A DNA stretch of 64,000 nucleotides from Oscillospiraceae bacterium (GCA_963620035.1 CAVEXN010000004.1:13979-77978), one strand, 5' to 3'. Numbered from the stretch's first letter, positions 1 to 10,230 are shown. Numbers and translations: made by a program. The notes: a model not told the origin generated them from the sequence alone.

Positions 1-90
1 GCTTTGCGGAATGGCATCCGTAAATAAGCATTAAGGAAAACAGCATGGCGGTCAAATGCAGGGCATGCTTTGACTGGTGTATGAAAGGGG

Positions 91-1248
91 TCATTTCTTG
101 TTGATGATTGAGATGTATGTATAGATAGGGTAATGGTCTGAAACGTCCATTTCCCGGCAAACCGTATAGCCGAAATCGTTGTACCGGCGGTCGTGTAGTA
201 TATAGTCGATACGGTAGGTGGGGAATACTTCACCTGCATAGGTGGAGCCGGTGCCTTTTCCGCTGCTCCGGAATGAATCTTTGAGCCTGCGTGCAATCTT
301 GTTGTAACTGTACGAGGCGGGAGAGTCGTTGAAGTCTCCGCATACGATAACAGGAAATCGGCACGAATCCACGGAGCGGTGTACGCTGCGGGCCTGATAC
401 TGTCTTGATTCAAATGCGGATGCGATTTTTGTGTTGAGTTTACGGACTTTGTAGTCCATATTTGAGGTGGTGTCCGTATGGTTGTGCAGTATGGCCTTCC
501 CTGTAGCGTAGTCTTCATCATCCAGCCTCATAGAGCTGAGATGGAGATTGTATATGCGCAAGGTGTCGCTGTTGTAGCGGATGTCCACATACATGGTCTT
601 GTTGGCCGAACTGTCGGGCATCTCGACAATGCCGCAGTCTATGATTCTGTAGCGGCTGAAGATGGCCAGTCCGCTTTGGTATCCGCTGATTCCGCACGGC
701 AAGAGATAGGTGCGGTACGTTTTGTTGTTGTCAGGCAGCCCGAGCGCTTCAAGTATATGCTGTGTCGTGTTGTCGCGGTGCGTTCGCCCTGACGCATCGT
801 ATAAATACTCCTGGATGCAGAGGATGTCCGGTCTCTCTTTTTTCAGGAAATCCTTGATTCTGACGTTGCTTTCATCCCGGTCTTCTACGAACATGTTGAA
901 CATACGCACATTGTAACTCATCACTTTCAAACAGTTTGCGCAGGTCTCGGGCTTTTCCTGAGCGCGCATCTGGAAATGGCGGTCTATATTGTTGATGTTC
1001 ATAAGGATGATGACGGTTGGCAGTAGCGACCAGCGATAGTCTATGAAGAGCCAAAGCACCGCGAATCCTATATTGGCGAAGAGAAAATAGGGGAACAGAA
1101 GCCCGCAGTAGGCAATCAGGTGCGAAACAGAGGGCGGAATCAGTTTGGCAAGATAGGACAACAGCAAGGCTATAGCGGCTGCGGAAGTCAACGCCAACAG
1201 CATGAATTTGGCGGCTGATTTGATGAAATCGATTCTTTTCTTGGCCAT
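91..1248 (-). CDS. membrane-anchored endonuclease/exonuclease/phosphatase (EEP) family protein
   Basis: 385-aa ORF. N-terminal hydrophobic helices are followed by an EEP core with 'VMSYNVRMFN', 'IVCGDFND' and C-terminal 'VSDHYPIY' motifs. Confidence 0.8.
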   Translation of the reverse strand: MAKKRIDFIKSAAKFMLLALTSAAAIALLLSYLAKLIPPSVSHLIAYCGLLFPYFLFANIGFAVLWLFIDYRWSLLPTVIILMNINNIDRHFQMRAQEKPETCANCLKVMSYNVRMFNMFVEDRDESNVRIKDFLKKERPDILCIQEYLYDASGRTHRDNTTQHILEALGLPDNNKTYRTYLLPCGISGYQSGLAIFSRYRIIDCGIVEMPDSSANKTMYVDIRYNSDTLRIYNLHLSSMRLDDEDYATGKAILHNHTDTTSNMDYKVRKLNTKIASAFESRQYQARSVHRSVDSCRFPVIVCGDFNDSPASYSYNKIARRLKDSFRSSGKGTGSTYAGEVFPTYRIDYILHDRRYNDFGYTVCREMDVSDHYPIYTYISIINKK

Positions 1249-1250
1249 GG

Positions 1251-2294
1251 CTATTTCCTTGATTGCTTGAAAAGGAAGTCTTTTTCTTCTTTGGAAAGGG
1301 ATTCGTAGCCACCTTTGGATATCTTGTCGAGGATTTCGTTTATCCTGCGCTGTTCAGATGCTCTGCGGGCATTGTAATCCTCGTCGCTCATAGGGCGGCT
1401 GTCATAACTGCAAGAGTCGTGATATCCGTCCTGCCGGCGCCGCTTCCTGAAGTTGAACCTGCGGGAGCGTTGTGGCTCTATCCAGCCGCTGTGATTGCGC
1501 TCGTTGCGCCGCCACAACAGTATAACGCCCAGACCGAACACCATACCGCCGAGGTGGGCAAAATGGGCCACGCCGTCAGAGGCGCCCAGTCCGGTGAGCA
1601 GTTCGAGCACACCGTAAAGCAGTACCATCCATTTTGCCTTGATGGGCAGAAGGAAGTAGATGTATATATAGTTGTTAGGAAATAGCATGCCGAATGCCAG
1701 CAAGATGCCATATACGGCCCCAGACGCACCAATGATGTTGAAGCCATTGAGGAATGTTTCGCGTGCATTGTCCGTGATTTCTATGATTTGGTTGAGCATA
1801 CCCGGATTCTGCTGCAAGACGCTCAGATTTGCTGTGAGCATTTGCGTGAATCGGGCATCCTTGTTGTTGATGGCAAGATTGCGGTATGTCTCCAGCGACG
1901 GGTCGTTCAGAAAACCGTCAAGCAATACAAGCTGCGGATGGATTTCGAAGTAGAGAACCAGATAATGAGTCAACGCCGCACCAATGCCGGTGATGAAATA
2001 GTAGATGAGGAAACGCTTTGTGCCCCAATGGTTCTCCACAGCGGCGCCAAACATCCACAGCGCGAACATGTTGAAGAAGAGGTGACTGAAATTGCCGTGC
2101 ATGAACATATAGGTGATGAACTGCCACGGATAAAAGTCGGAGGCGGCTATGAAGTGAAGCCCTAACCATTGGGTGAGGTCGCACGACTTTTGCAGCACTA
2201 TAGTGGCCACGAAAGCCAAAGTGTTGATGATGAGCAGATTCTTCACCCCGGGAGGCAATATGTTGAAGCCCCCCATCCTTATCTGATTGTCCAT
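1251..2294 (-). CDS. rhomboid family intramembrane serine protease with soluble C-terminal tail
   Basis: 347-aa polytopic ORF with rhomboid Ser motif 'GASGAVYG' and His motif 'AHLGGMVFG'. Charged C-terminal extension. The stop lies 2 nt from the downstream EEP gene start. Confidence 0.85.
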   Translation of the reverse strand: MDNQIRMGGFNILPPGVKNLLIINTLAFVATIVLQKSCDLTQWLGLHFIAASDFYPWQFITYMFMHGNFSHLFFNMFALWMFGAAVENHWGTKRFLIYYFITGIGAALTHYLVLYFEIHPQLVLLDGFLNDPSLETYRNLAINNKDARFTQMLTANLSVLQQNPGMLNQIIEITDNARETFLNGFNIIGASGAVYGILLAFGMLFPNNYIYIYFLLPIKAKWMVLLYGVLELLTGLGASDGVAHFAHLGGMVFGLGVILLWRRNERNHSGWIEPQRSRRFNFRKRRRQDGYHDSCSYDSRPMSDEDYNARRASEQRRINEILDKISKGGYESLSKEEKDFLFKQSRK

Positions 2295-2297
2295 TTG

Positions 2298-3008
2298 CTA
2301 TGAATTGTTTTTCTGCTTTGCCCTGTGAACGAGGCTTTTCCAGTAGTTGATGTGCCAAAGAATGTGTATTACCGCCACGATGGTCATCGGAATGCCGAAT
2401 TGCACATGCCAATATCGGAAAGTGCGCATTGTCTGCATGGCGATGCCGTAGTTGATCTGTATGACCAGAAAGAATCCGGACAGACACGACACGATTGCGG
2501 TCACCAGCAACACGACGTTCCATATTTTGCGGTGTGTGGCTTTTTTCAGGACGTTGACTTTTACCAATATGGCACTGAACGCGTAAAGGACAAGGGTGAG
2601 TCCTGAAATCAGCAGAAGGTCGTAGGGCGATTCTCGTCTTTTTGCCGGCCGTTCTTCCGTGGCGGGCACAACTTCTGTTTCCGTTGTCGTATCCGTCTGT
2701 ACTGTAAGATCTTGTGGCTTGGCTTTTTCCGCATCTTTTTCAACCGCAATGTCTGTCGTGGAGACGGAGGGCTTGACCACCGTTTTTTTCTTTGCGGCGA
2801 CCTTTTCCGGTTTTGCCGTATCCGCGTTCTGTACCGGTTCTGCTGTGGGCTTCGAGAGCCCTCCATGGTCGCAGAACCCGTCTCCGTTCTGGTCGATGAA
2901 CCGTCCGCACTGTCCCGGACAGTCAATGACATCACAATCTTTCTGTGCCTGCGAGTTCATGCAGAAGGCAAACAGGAAAATAATGGCTGCGAAAATCTTT
3001 GTTCTCAT
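2298..3008 (-). CDS. hypothetical secreted/membrane protein (Cys-rich DxNxDG module + 3 TM His-containing domain)
   Basis: 236-aa ORF. Signal peptide MRTKIFAAIIFLFAFCMNSQA, then 'CDVIDCPGQCGRFIDQNGDGFCDHG', a K/T/E/P/A low-complexity linker, and three C-terminal TM helices containing 'HILWH'. Confidence 0.7.
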   Translation of the reverse strand: MRTKIFAAIIFLFAFCMNSQAQKDCDVIDCPGQCGRFIDQNGDGFCDHGGLSKPTAEPVQNADTAKPEKVAAKKKTVVKPSVSTTDIAVEKDAEKAKPQDLTVQTDTTTETEVVPATEERPAKRRESPYDLLLISGLTLVLYAFSAILVKVNVLKKATHRKIWNVVLLVTAIVSCLSGFFLVIQINYGIAMQTMRTFRYWHVQFGIPMTIVAVIHILWHINYWKSLVHRAKQKNNS

Positions 3009-3035
3009 ATTTATTTCAATAGGATGTTAAGAAAA

Positions 3036-3068
3036 CATAAGAGGCAGGTCGTATGCCTGCCTCTTATG
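3036..3068 (-). terminator. intrinsic terminator downstream of FKBP gene
   Basis: Perfect 13-bp inverted repeat cataagaggcagg / cctgcctcttatg with a 7-nt loop, 11 nt past the stop at 3079. On the minus strand it is followed by TTTTC. Confidence 0.6.
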
Positions 3069-3078
3069 TCGAATTACA

Positions 3079-3753
3079 TTATTCAAAACTGAGCAGTTCT
3101 ATTTCGAAAATCAAGGTTGCTCCGCCCGGAATGACACCTCCTGCTCCCTGGTCGCCGTATGCGAGGTCAGAGGGGATGTAAAACACGAACTTAGAGCCGG
3201 TAGGCATCAGTTGCAGACCTTCGGTCCAGCCGCGGATCACCTGGTCGAGGCCGAATGATATGGGCTCGCCGCCATTCTTGTCGGTGGAGTCGAACACGGT
3301 GCCGTCAATCAAAGTGCCGGTGTATTTCACGGTGACTTTGCTGCCGGCTTTTGGTTTCTCTCCGGTGCCGAGTGTGATGACTTTGTATTGCAGCCCCGAA
3401 TCGGTGACTTTCACGTCTGCGTTTTTCTTGTTTTCTTCCAAAAATTTCAGTCCCGCAGCTTTTGCCTCTGATGCGGCATTGGCCTGGCGTTGTTGCATGT
3501 CTAACTGGAACTGCATGAATATTTCCTGCATTTCGGCTTCGGTGAACTTGTTTTGCCCTGCCATTCCGTCACGCACGCCTTGCATGAAAGCTTCTGTGTC
3601 GAGTTCCAACTTGTCTTGTTTTACTTGCGTGCCGAAATTGGCTCCGATGGCATAGCTCACTTTCTGGTCTTTTGTCATTTCTTGTTGAGATTTCACGGAC
3701 GTGGCAGCGGTTGCCAGCACAAGGCTTAGTCCAAATGTTAGTAATTTTTTCAT
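3079..3753 (-). CDS. FKBP-type peptidyl-prolyl cis-trans isomerase (secreted, FkpA/FklB-like)
   Basis: Signal peptide MKKLLTFGLSLVLATAATSVKS, a helical N-domain, and a C-terminal FKBP domain ('GLQYKVITLGTG', 'VIRGWTEGLQLM', 'LIFEIELLSF'). Start moved from the ORF-track 3810 to the Met at 3753, which precedes the signal peptide. Confidence 0.9.
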   Translation of the reverse strand: MKKLLTFGLSLVLATAATSVKSQQEMTKDQKVSYAIGANFGTQVKQDKLELDTEAFMQGVRDGMAGQNKFTEAEMQEIFMQFQLDMQQRQANAASEAKAAGLKFLEENKKNADVKVTDSGLQYKVITLGTGEKPKAGSKVTVKYTGTLIDGTVFDSTDKNGGEPISFGLDQVIRGWTEGLQLMPTGSKFVFYIPSDLAYGDQGAGGVIPGGATLIFEIELLSFE

Positions 3754-3782
3754 TTTTGTATTTTCTGTTTTTTTTAAGGCTG

Positions 3783-3790
3783 CAAACATA
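3783..3790 (-). promoter_or_regulatory. candidate Bacteroidetes -7 promoter box (TAnnTTTG)
   Basis: The minus strand reads tatgtttg, 30 nt upstream of the FKBP start. Confidence 0.45.
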
Positions 3791-3834
3791 CATAAAAAAA
3801 CGATATGCACAGGTGTTTCAGCCTGTTTTGTAGC

Positions 3835-3874
3835 ATAAAAAAGGATGCCCCGAAAACATCTTTCAGGGACATCC
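3835..3874 (-). terminator. intrinsic terminator after 3902..4432
   Basis: 9-bp stem with 1 mismatch (ggatgcccc / gggacatcc). On the minus strand it is followed by TTTTTT (plus-strand A-run 3837-3842). It lies 28 nt past the stop. Confidence 0.55.
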
Positions 3875-3901
3875 CATAGTATCCGGAAACATGCCGTTTC
3901 T

Positions 3902-4432
3902 CTATTTGGAAGAGATGAAATCGTCCAGGTTTTTGGCGTTTTCGCCTACCAGCACAACCATCGGCATCACCGGTTCATAACGGTCTTGCGAGAATTCAAG
4001 TACCTGTGCCAGACAGTAGTCGCTGTTGGTGGTCAGTACGTAAAGAATGTTGCCCGAACTCATCTCTTTGCTGAATGCGTCCAATCTGCCGACGCGGTCT
4101 TCCTGAAGATGTTTGGCCAGTTTCATCTTCGACTCGTTTGAGATGTAAACTTTGTGTTTTTTGAGACGCTTGTTTTGTGGGATGTAAACATAGCGCTCTG
4201 TGCCCAAATCGAGGCAGAGTTTTATGATGCCGAACAGGAAAAGGCAGATGCCGATGGTGAGTACCGTCATGTTCAGGCTTTCATGGGGGGATATCTTCTG
4301 AGTCCCCGCCACAAATACGAGAATGCCGACTAATATGAAGACGATGGCTGTAAACGGGCTCTTCTTTTTGACTGCAATGGTGCCTTCCGGCATTTCGAGG
4401 ATTTCTGTTTCAATATGTTTGTAATTTTCCAT
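3902..4432 (-). CDS. hypothetical membrane protein (2 TM + soluble C-domain)
   Basis: 176-aa ORF with two clear hydrophobic helices, an A-rich leader and its own terminator. No family recognised. Confidence 0.6.
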   Translation of the reverse strand: MENYKHIETEILEMPEGTIAVKKKSPFTAIVFILVGILVFVAGTQKISPHESLNMTVLTIGICLFLFGIIKLCLDLGTERYVYIPQNKRLKKHKVYISNESKMKLAKHLQEDRVGRLDAFSKEMSSGNILYVLTTNSDYCLAQVLEFSQDRYEPVMPMVVLVGENAKNLDDFISSK

Positions 4433-4659
4433 TTGTTTGTCTTTGTTTTGTTGATTTTTGTTTTTATTGACGTCTATGGTTGGGAGAAGTGTCTGTTTTA
4501 TCGGAACAATCTACAATAAGGTGGCAGCGGGTTATGCCGCGGTCTCGCCTCTCATAGACAATAAAGATTATAGAATGATGTGTGCCTTCCCCTGCCTGTA
4601 ATGTCTCGCAAAGACACAGTCTTTTTATTTTATGGGGGAAAGGCGGGGCGGCCGATTTT

Positions 4660-5049
4660 TCAACGCCTCATGTTTCCTAGAAAAAGGATGTAATAGTCGG
4701 CAGGACAGGGATTGCTGCCCGGGCGTGCGACACCGTTGAGTGAAAAGAAACGGCAACCGGCCTGGATGTTGCGCTGTATGACGGTCAGCAGCACCTTCTG
4801 CGAGATGCCGGCGTTCAGCAGCCTTGACGGTAAACGAGATGCAAGGCTGGGGCTTTGTGATGTGTCTGTGAAGATGTGCATGAAGAGGCTGCCGCGTATG
4901 ATAAGAACCTGTTCCTTCTGCTTTTCGTGTCCCTTAATGAGGGATGCCGAGAATGAACATGTCGCTGCATTCGCGGGGGTTGCGGCAACCTCATTTCCCG
5001 AACATAGTGCGGAGAACAGCAGAATCACGAACAGCAGCGTCTTCTTCAT
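4660..5049 (-). CDS. hypothetical secreted protein
   Basis: 129-aa ORF with signal peptide MKKTLLFVILLFSALCSG. No family recognised. Confidence 0.5.
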   Translation of the reverse strand: MKKTLLFVILLFSALCSGNEVAATPANAATCSFSASLIKGHEKQKEQVLIIRGSLFMHIFTDTSQSPSLASRLPSRLLNAGISQKVLLTVIQRNIQAGCRFFSLNGVARPGSNPCPADYYILFLGNMRR

Positions 5050-5082
5050 TCTTGTTGATATGTTGATGTGGTAGATGGCAGG

Positions 5083-6573
5083 CTATTCAAGCGACCATTC
5101 AGAACCGTCTTTGGTGTCTTTTACGGTGATGCCGGCCGACTTCAGTTCGTCGCGTATCTTGTCTGACACCGCCCAGTTCTTGTTCGCTTTGGCGTCTTGA
5201 CGAATGGAAAGCAGCAGGTCCATCACTTTCCTCATCGCCTCATCGTATTTTCCGGCCACAATGAAGTTCTCGGGACGTACGCCTAAGATCTCGTGGAAGA
5301 ACAAACTGAAATTGCTTTTCAAGCGTTCTGCATCTTCGGCTGTGAGCGTGGCATGGCCGTCTTTGACGGCATTGACGATGCGGGAAGCCTCGAAAAGCTC
5401 GGCAATGACCATAGGGCTGTTGAAATCGTTGTTCATGGCTTCGTAGCAGCGGTTCACCCAAGCCTCGATATTTTCTGAAGAGGAAGCAGATGGTTTCAGC
5501 GTGTCCAGATGACGTTCTGCGGCATAGAGCTTTTCGAGCCCTTTCTCGGCGGCCTGCAAAGCCTCGTTGCTGAAGTCAACCGTACTGCGGTAGTGTGCCT
5601 GAAGGACGAAAAAGCGGATGGTCATAGGGGAGTAGGGCTGTGCAAGCGACTGGTGCGAGCCGGTGAAAAACTCGTTGAGCGTGATGAAATTGCCCAGAGA
5701 TTTACCCATTTTCTGCCCGTTGATGGTAATCATGTTGTTGTGCATCCAGTAGTGGACCGAAGATACGCCGTTGGCGACAGTGCTTTGGCACACTTCCGAC
5801 TCGTGGTGCGGGAACAGCAGGTCCATGCCTCCGCCGTGAATGTCGAACCGGGTGCCCAGGTATTTGGTGCTCATGGCCGTACACTCGATGTGCCAGCCAG
5901 GGAAACCGACACCCCATGGCGAGTTCCAGCGCATGATATGTTCAGGAGCGGCCTTTTTCCAAAGGGCAAAATCGGCAGGGTTGTGTTTCTCGCTTTGCCC
6001 GTCCAGTTCGCGCGTGTTGGCCAGCAACTCGCTCAGTACGCGCCCCGACAGTTTTCCGTATCCGAAATCACGGTCGAATTTCGGCACGTCAAAATAGACG
6101 GAGCCCTCTGAAACGTAAGCGTATCCCATATCCAGAATCTTCTGTACAAGGTCGATCTGCTCCATGATATGTCCGGAAGCCCGCGGTTCTATGGACGGAC
6201 TTTTCACGTTCAGGACATCCATCGCGCGATGATAACTGTCCATATAATATTGTGCCACTTCCATAGGCTCCAGTTCCTCGATCCGCGCTTTCTTGGCTAT
6301 TTTGTCCTCGCCGCTGTCGGCGTCATGCTCAAGATGACCCACGTCTGTGATGTTGCGCACATAGCGCACCTTGTACCCTATGTGTGTAAGGTAGCGGAAC
6401 ACAAGGTCGAAAGTCACCGCAGGGCGGGCATGTCCCAAATGCGGTTCGCCATAGACGGTGGGTCCGCAGACATACATGCCAACGTGTCCGGGAACAATCG
6501 GAACGAAATGCTCCTTTTTCCCGGTCATCGTGTTGAAAAGGAAAACTTTGTCTTTGTTGTCGGTAGCGGTCAT
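5083..6573 (-). CDS. cysS: cysteine--tRNA ligase
   Basis: 496 aa. Class I aaRS motifs 'HLGHARP' (HIGH) and 'KMGKSLGN' (KMSKS); length and overall layout are typical of CysRS. Confidence 0.96.
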   Translation of the reverse strand: MTATDNKDKVFLFNTMTGKKEHFVPIVPGHVGMYVCGPTVYGEPHLGHARPAVTFDLVFRYLTHIGYKVRYVRNITDVGHLEHDADSGEDKIAKKARIEELEPMEVAQYYMDSYHRAMDVLNVKSPSIEPRASGHIMEQIDLVQKILDMGYAYVSEGSVYFDVPKFDRDFGYGKLSGRVLSELLANTRELDGQSEKHNPADFALWKKAAPEHIMRWNSPWGVGFPGWHIECTAMSTKYLGTRFDIHGGGMDLLFPHHESEVCQSTVANGVSSVHYWMHNNMITINGQKMGKSLGNFITLNEFFTGSHQSLAQPYSPMTIRFFVLQAHYRSTVDFSNEALQAAEKGLEKLYAAERHLDTLKPSASSSENIEAWVNRCYEAMNNDFNSPMVIAELFEASRIVNAVKDGHATLTAEDAERLKSNFSLFFHEILGVRPENFIVAGKYDEAMRKVMDLLLSIRQDAKANKNWAVSDKIRDELKSAGITVKDTKDGSEWSLE

Positions 6574-6589
6574 CTTGGAAATTATTATT

Positions 6590-8350
6590 TCAGTTGAACA
6601 GTTTTTCTATTTGGTCGTGGTATTTCTCGAGCAGCTTGTTGCGTTTCAGTTTGAGGGTGGGAGTGAGCTCGCCGGTTTGGACGGACCATTCGTAGCCTAT
6701 CAGGATGAAACGTTTCACCTTTTCGGTGTCGCCGAAGAAAGTGTTGTGGTAATCGACGATTTTCTTGAACTTTTTGAGCACGTCAGGATGTTCGATCATC
6801 TCTTCGTTGGTGGTGTATTCGATGCCTTTGCGCTTGCACCATGAACGCAGGTCGATGAAGTTCGGGACGATGAGGGCGGCGGCAAACTGCCGGTTTTCGC
6901 CGACTACCATAATGTTGTCAACCAGAGAATCCTCGCATATCTTGTTTTCAATGACGGTGGGCACGACATATTTGCCGAATGCAGTTTTGAACATCTCTTT
7001 TTTGCGTCCCGTGATGCGGAGGCGGCCTTCTGGCGAAAGCATGCCAAGGTCGCCGGTATGCAGCCAACCGTCGGGGTCGATGGCCTCCGCGGTAAGTTCG
7101 GGCGCATTGAAATAGCCTTTCATGACATGTCCTCCGCGGGTCAGGATTTCGCCGTCCTCCGCAATCTTGACAGTGGTGCCGGGCAAGACGTGGCCGGCCG
7201 TCCCGAACTCGAGGCCTCCTTTGAAGCCGTCGCTGACCGCTATGACCGGTGAGGTCTCCGTAGTGCCGTATCCCTCATAGACATGTATGCCCATAGCCCA
7301 GAACACCTTGGATATGCGCGGCTGGATGGCAGCGCCGCCCGTGACTATGACGTTCAGGTTGCCGCCTAAAGCCTTGTACCATTGGTTCAGCACCAGTTTG
7401 CGCGCCAACTTGAGCCGGCGCATATAGGCCTTGCTCCTGTTGAAGTCGAAGTCCAGGGCGACCTCGTTGGCCCAGAAGAAGATGTTGCGCTTCAGTCCGG
7501 TGAGTTTTCGCCCTTTAGCAATGATCTTGTCGTAGATTTTCTCGAGCAGACGGGGCACGGTGGTGAATATGTCAGGACGCAGGTCCACCATGTCGTCTTG
7601 TATTTTAGCCAGGTTCTCTGTATAGTAGATGGAAATGCCGAGATATTGCCACGAATAGTTCATCATCCTTTCATAGACATGGCACAAAGGCAAATAGCTA
7701 AGGATACGGTTGTGCTCGAGGGTGGGAATTATCGGAAGAACGCCCCGGATGTTGGTGAGGAAGTTCTCGTGCGTGAGCATCACGCCTTTGGGATGCCCGG
7801 TGGTGCCAGAGGTGTAGATGAGCGACACCACATCGTCAGGGGTGATGCTCTCCTTTATCTGCTGTAGGTATTGTGGACTCGGGTTGGATCGCCCCAACTC
7901 AATCAGCTCGTTCAGGTGGCGGTATCCTCGCAGGTTGCGGAAAGTGTAAACGCGGTCGGTCAGCGCGGGCATGTGTTCGATGATGTTGTTGATCTTCCGC
8001 AGCAGTTCCCAACCGGACACGAATATCAGCTTGATGTCGGCATGATGGAGGATGTAGTCGTATTCGCCTTCGCTTATGGTGGGGTAAATGGCGACATGGA
8101 CGGCGCCGATCTGCATGATGGCCATATCCAGGAAATTCCATTCCGGCCGGTTGGCGGTGATGGTGGCAATGCAGTCGCCTTTCTTGATGCCCAACTGCAA
8201 AAGGCCGTATGAAATGTAGTTGACCCGGTCCACATATTCTTGCGTGCTGTATTTGACCCAAATGCCGTTTTCTTTTCCGCAAATGGCATCTTCCACAGGG
8301 AATTCGGTCATGTTGCGCTCAAGAATATCAAATAGACGTCTTACTTCCAT
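6590..8350 (-). CDS. long-chain fatty acid--CoA ligase (AMP-forming)
   Basis: 586 aa. AMP-binding signature '[12 protein letters not shown]' plus 'GYGTTE' and 'TGDLG' motifs. Confidence 0.9.
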   Translation of the reverse strand: MEVRRLFDILERNMTEFPVEDAICGKENGIWVKYSTQEYVDRVNYISYGLLQLGIKKGDCIATITANRPEWNFLDMAIMQIGAVHVAIYPTISEGEYDYILHHADIKLIFVSGWELLRKINNIIEHMPALTDRVYTFRNLRGYRHLNELIELGRSNPSPQYLQQIKESITPDDVVSLIYTSGTTGHPKGVMLTHENFLTNIRGVLPIIPTLEHNRILSYLPLCHVYERMMNYSWQYLGISIYYTENLAKIQDDMVDLRPDIFTTVPRLLEKIYDKIIAKGRKLTGLKRNIFFWANEVALDFDFNRSKAYMRRLKLARKLVLNQWYKALGGNLNVIVTGGAAIQPRISKVFWAMGIHVYEGYGTTETSPVIAVSDGFKGGLEFGTAGHVLPGTTVKIAEDGEILTRGGHVMKGYFNAPELTAEAIDPDGWLHTGDLGMLSPEGRLRITGRKKEMFKTAFGKYVVPTVIENKICEDSLVDNIMVVGENRQFAAALIVPNFIDLRSWCKRKGIEYTTNEEMIEHPDVLKKFKKIVDYHNTFFGDTEKVKRFILIGYEWSVQTGELTPTLKLKRNKLLEKYHDQIEKLFN

Positions 8351-8373
8351 CTTTTCTTTTCATTAACAGTGTG

Positions 8374-8381
8374 CAAAAATA
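8374..8381 (-). promoter_or_regulatory. candidate -7 promoter box (TAnnTTTG)
   Basis: The minus strand reads tatttttg, 24 nt upstream of the acyl-CoA ligase start. Confidence 0.45.
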
Positions 8382-8392
8382 CAATCTTTTCT

Positions 8393-9010
8393 TCAAATGG
8401 CACTCCGCACATTCTCCATCAGCTGGGCAAGCATGTTTCTGGCGCGCAACAGCTGTATCTTGACATTGGAAAGCGATATGTTGAGTCTTACGGCGATTTC
8501 ATCGTACGAAAGCTCACTGTAATAGCGCAGTTCGACAACCTTTCTGTACTTTTCCGGCAACTGTCTTACGGCGCAGCGCAGGATGTTCATCCGCTGTTTC
8601 TCTATGAGATAATCTTCCGGCGTATTGCCGCGGCGGGTGTCAATGTTGTCTATCAGCATTTCGGCATTGTCAGGGCTGTCGCTGATGCCGGAAACGGTTA
8701 TGGTCTGCGGTGTGCCGCTTTTGCGGTGTATGTGGTTGATGCCGTTGTTCATGGCAATCCTGAACAGCCAGGTGGAGAATGCGTATTTCGGGGAATAGCG
8801 GTCGAGACAGCGGAAAGCCTTGCCAAAAGTCTCGAGGGTGAGGTCCTCTGCGTCGTCGCTGTTCCTGACCATTTTCATCAGCAGGTAATAGATGCTGTCG
8901 CGGTATATGGCCATCAGGCTGGCGTAGGCTTTCTGGTCGTTGTTGTCCAGAGCCCGGCGCAACAGCACATAGTCCCTTCTAGATTTGGCGGTTGTGCACG
9001 GATTGTCCAT
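8393..9010 (-). CDS. RNA polymerase sigma-70 factor, ECF-like subfamily
   Basis: 205 aa. Region 2 ('DAEDLTLETFGKAF', 'FSTWLFRIAMN') and a region 4 HTH ('LSYDEIAVRLNISLSNVKIQLLRAR'). No adjacent anti-sigma candidate. Confidence 0.88.
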   Translation of the reverse strand: MDNPCTTAKSRRDYVLLRRALDNNDQKAYASLMAIYRDSIYYLLMKMVRNSDDAEDLTLETFGKAFRCLDRYSPKYAFSTWLFRIAMNNGINHIHRKSGTPQTITVSGISDSPDNAEMLIDNIDTRRGNTPEDYLIEKQRMNILRCAVRQLPEKYRKVVELRYYSELSYDEIAVRLNISLSNVKIQLLRARNMLAQLMENVRSAI

Positions 9011-9014
9011 AGCG

Positions 9015-10151
9015 TCAGTGCTGGAATTTCTGGTGACTCAGTTTCGCAGACAGATAGTAGAGCGGATTGGCGACGGAAAAGAAAAGGTCGTACAGCAGAA
9101 GGCAAGGGACAACTTGTTTCTCGTTCAGTTTTCCTGCCGCCGCACCGTAAACGATGTATTGGTTGACAATGCGGAATGCTGCGATTCCTAAAGCAACGGC
9201 CAGAAAGGTCGGACGGTGCAGAAAAAGCACGATGACGAATGCTAATGTGGCATAGAACAAAAGGTTAAGCACAGCTATGCCGTTGAGCAGGATGCGATTC
9301 TTAAGCGTATTCATCTTCCTGGTATAGTAAAGCCCCGTCTTGTGCTTTCTCCAAGACCGGTAGGAGACGGGTTTCTGCAGTACGGTGAAAGAATCCGGAG
9401 AGAACGCTACGGCTGTATTGTTGGGCTTGGCGGCCCTGCTGATGAATATGTCCTCGATTCCACAACTGATATGGTTGTGGGAGGCGAACCCTTTCTGTCT
9501 GTAAAACAGCGACTTGTCGAATGCCATGTTGCGACTGTCACCGCGGTAGGTGGAGTGGGCGAGCGCAAGGGAGAAATATTGGATGGCGTTCTGCAGGTTG
9601 TCGAAACGCATAAGACGGTTGAACGGGTTGTTGTGCTTGGCGAATGAACTGTAGCCGAGCACTATCGTCTTTTTCCCGGCAAATTGCCTTGCCATTCGTT
9701 CCAACCAATGCGGCGAAGCCGGAGCACATGCGGCGTCCGTGAGCAGAATATGGTCGTACGTGGCGCAGCGGATGCCCATGGAGACGGCAAACTTGCTGCC
9801 GCGGATCGTGGAAACGGATGACGAAAGGTTGACCAGCTTGACATTCGGATACTGGCACTGGTACTCCTTGACCAGCAGTTCCGTTTCATCGTCATGTGAA
9901 TGGTCGTTCACAACAACAACCTCGAAAGCAGAGTATTGCTGGTTAAGAATACGGGGGAAGAACTTAAGCAGCGTGCCGGCGGCATCTTTCACCACAACGA
10001 TAACAGAAATGGGGACATCCTGTTCCGCAATCTTGTCTTGTTTCTTGCGGAAAGAAAAACGGGCGTAAAGACCATAATAATAAAGCACTTGAAGCAGGAC
10101 AATCAGTCCGAAAACGACAAGCGCCCCCAAATATAAGTTCTCTTTCAACAT
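9015..10151 (-). CDS. family 2 glycosyltransferase, membrane-bound
   Basis: GT2 signature 'ISVIVVVKDAAGTL...VVVVNDHSHDDT'-type with flanking TM helices. Start set at MLKENLY (10151); the ORF-track extension to 10412 would overlap tgt and its promoter region. Confidence 0.8.
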   Translation of the reverse strand: MLKENLYLGALVVFGLIVLLQVLYYYGLYARFSFRKKQDKIAEQDVPISVIVVVKDAAGTLLKFFPRILNQQYSAFEVVVVNDHSHDDETELLVKEYQCQYPNVKLVNLSSSVSTIRGSKFAVSMGIRCATYDHILLTDAACAPASPHWLERMARQFAGKKTIVLGYSSFAKHNNPFNRLMRFDNLQNAIQYFSLALAHSTYRGDSRNMAFDKSLFYRQKGFASHNHISCGIEDIFISRAAKPNNTAVAFSPDSFTVLQKPVSYRSWRKHKTGLYYTRKMNTLKNRILLNGIAVLNLLFYATLAFVIVLFLHRPTFLAVALGIAAFRIVNQYIVYGAAAGKLNEKQVVPCLLLYDLFFSVANPLYYLSAKLSHQKFQH

Positions 10152-10172
10152 TATTGAGAATTTTTCAAAACG

Positions 10173-10180
10173 CAAAGGTA
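10173..10180 (-). promoter_or_regulatory. candidate -7 promoter box (TAnnTTTG)
   Basis: The minus strand reads tacctttg, 22 nt upstream of the GT2 start. Confidence 0.4.
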
Positions 10181-10203
10181 GTTTTATGAGTGAATAAAAG
10201 ATG

Positions 10204-10211
10204 TATTTTTG
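10204..10211 (+). promoter_or_regulatory. candidate -7 promoter box (TAnnTTTG)
   Basis: tatttttg, 20 nt upstream of the tgt ATG at 10231. Confidence 0.45.
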
Positions 10212-10230
10212 TGCGCTTTTTACAAACAAT

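Noticed and set aside
1-46. Possible 5' end of a minus-strand lipoprotein-like gene (MLFSLMLIYGCHSAK...) running off the left edge.
   Set aside because: Only 15 codons are visible and the start cannot be validated, which is too little sequence to support a feature call.
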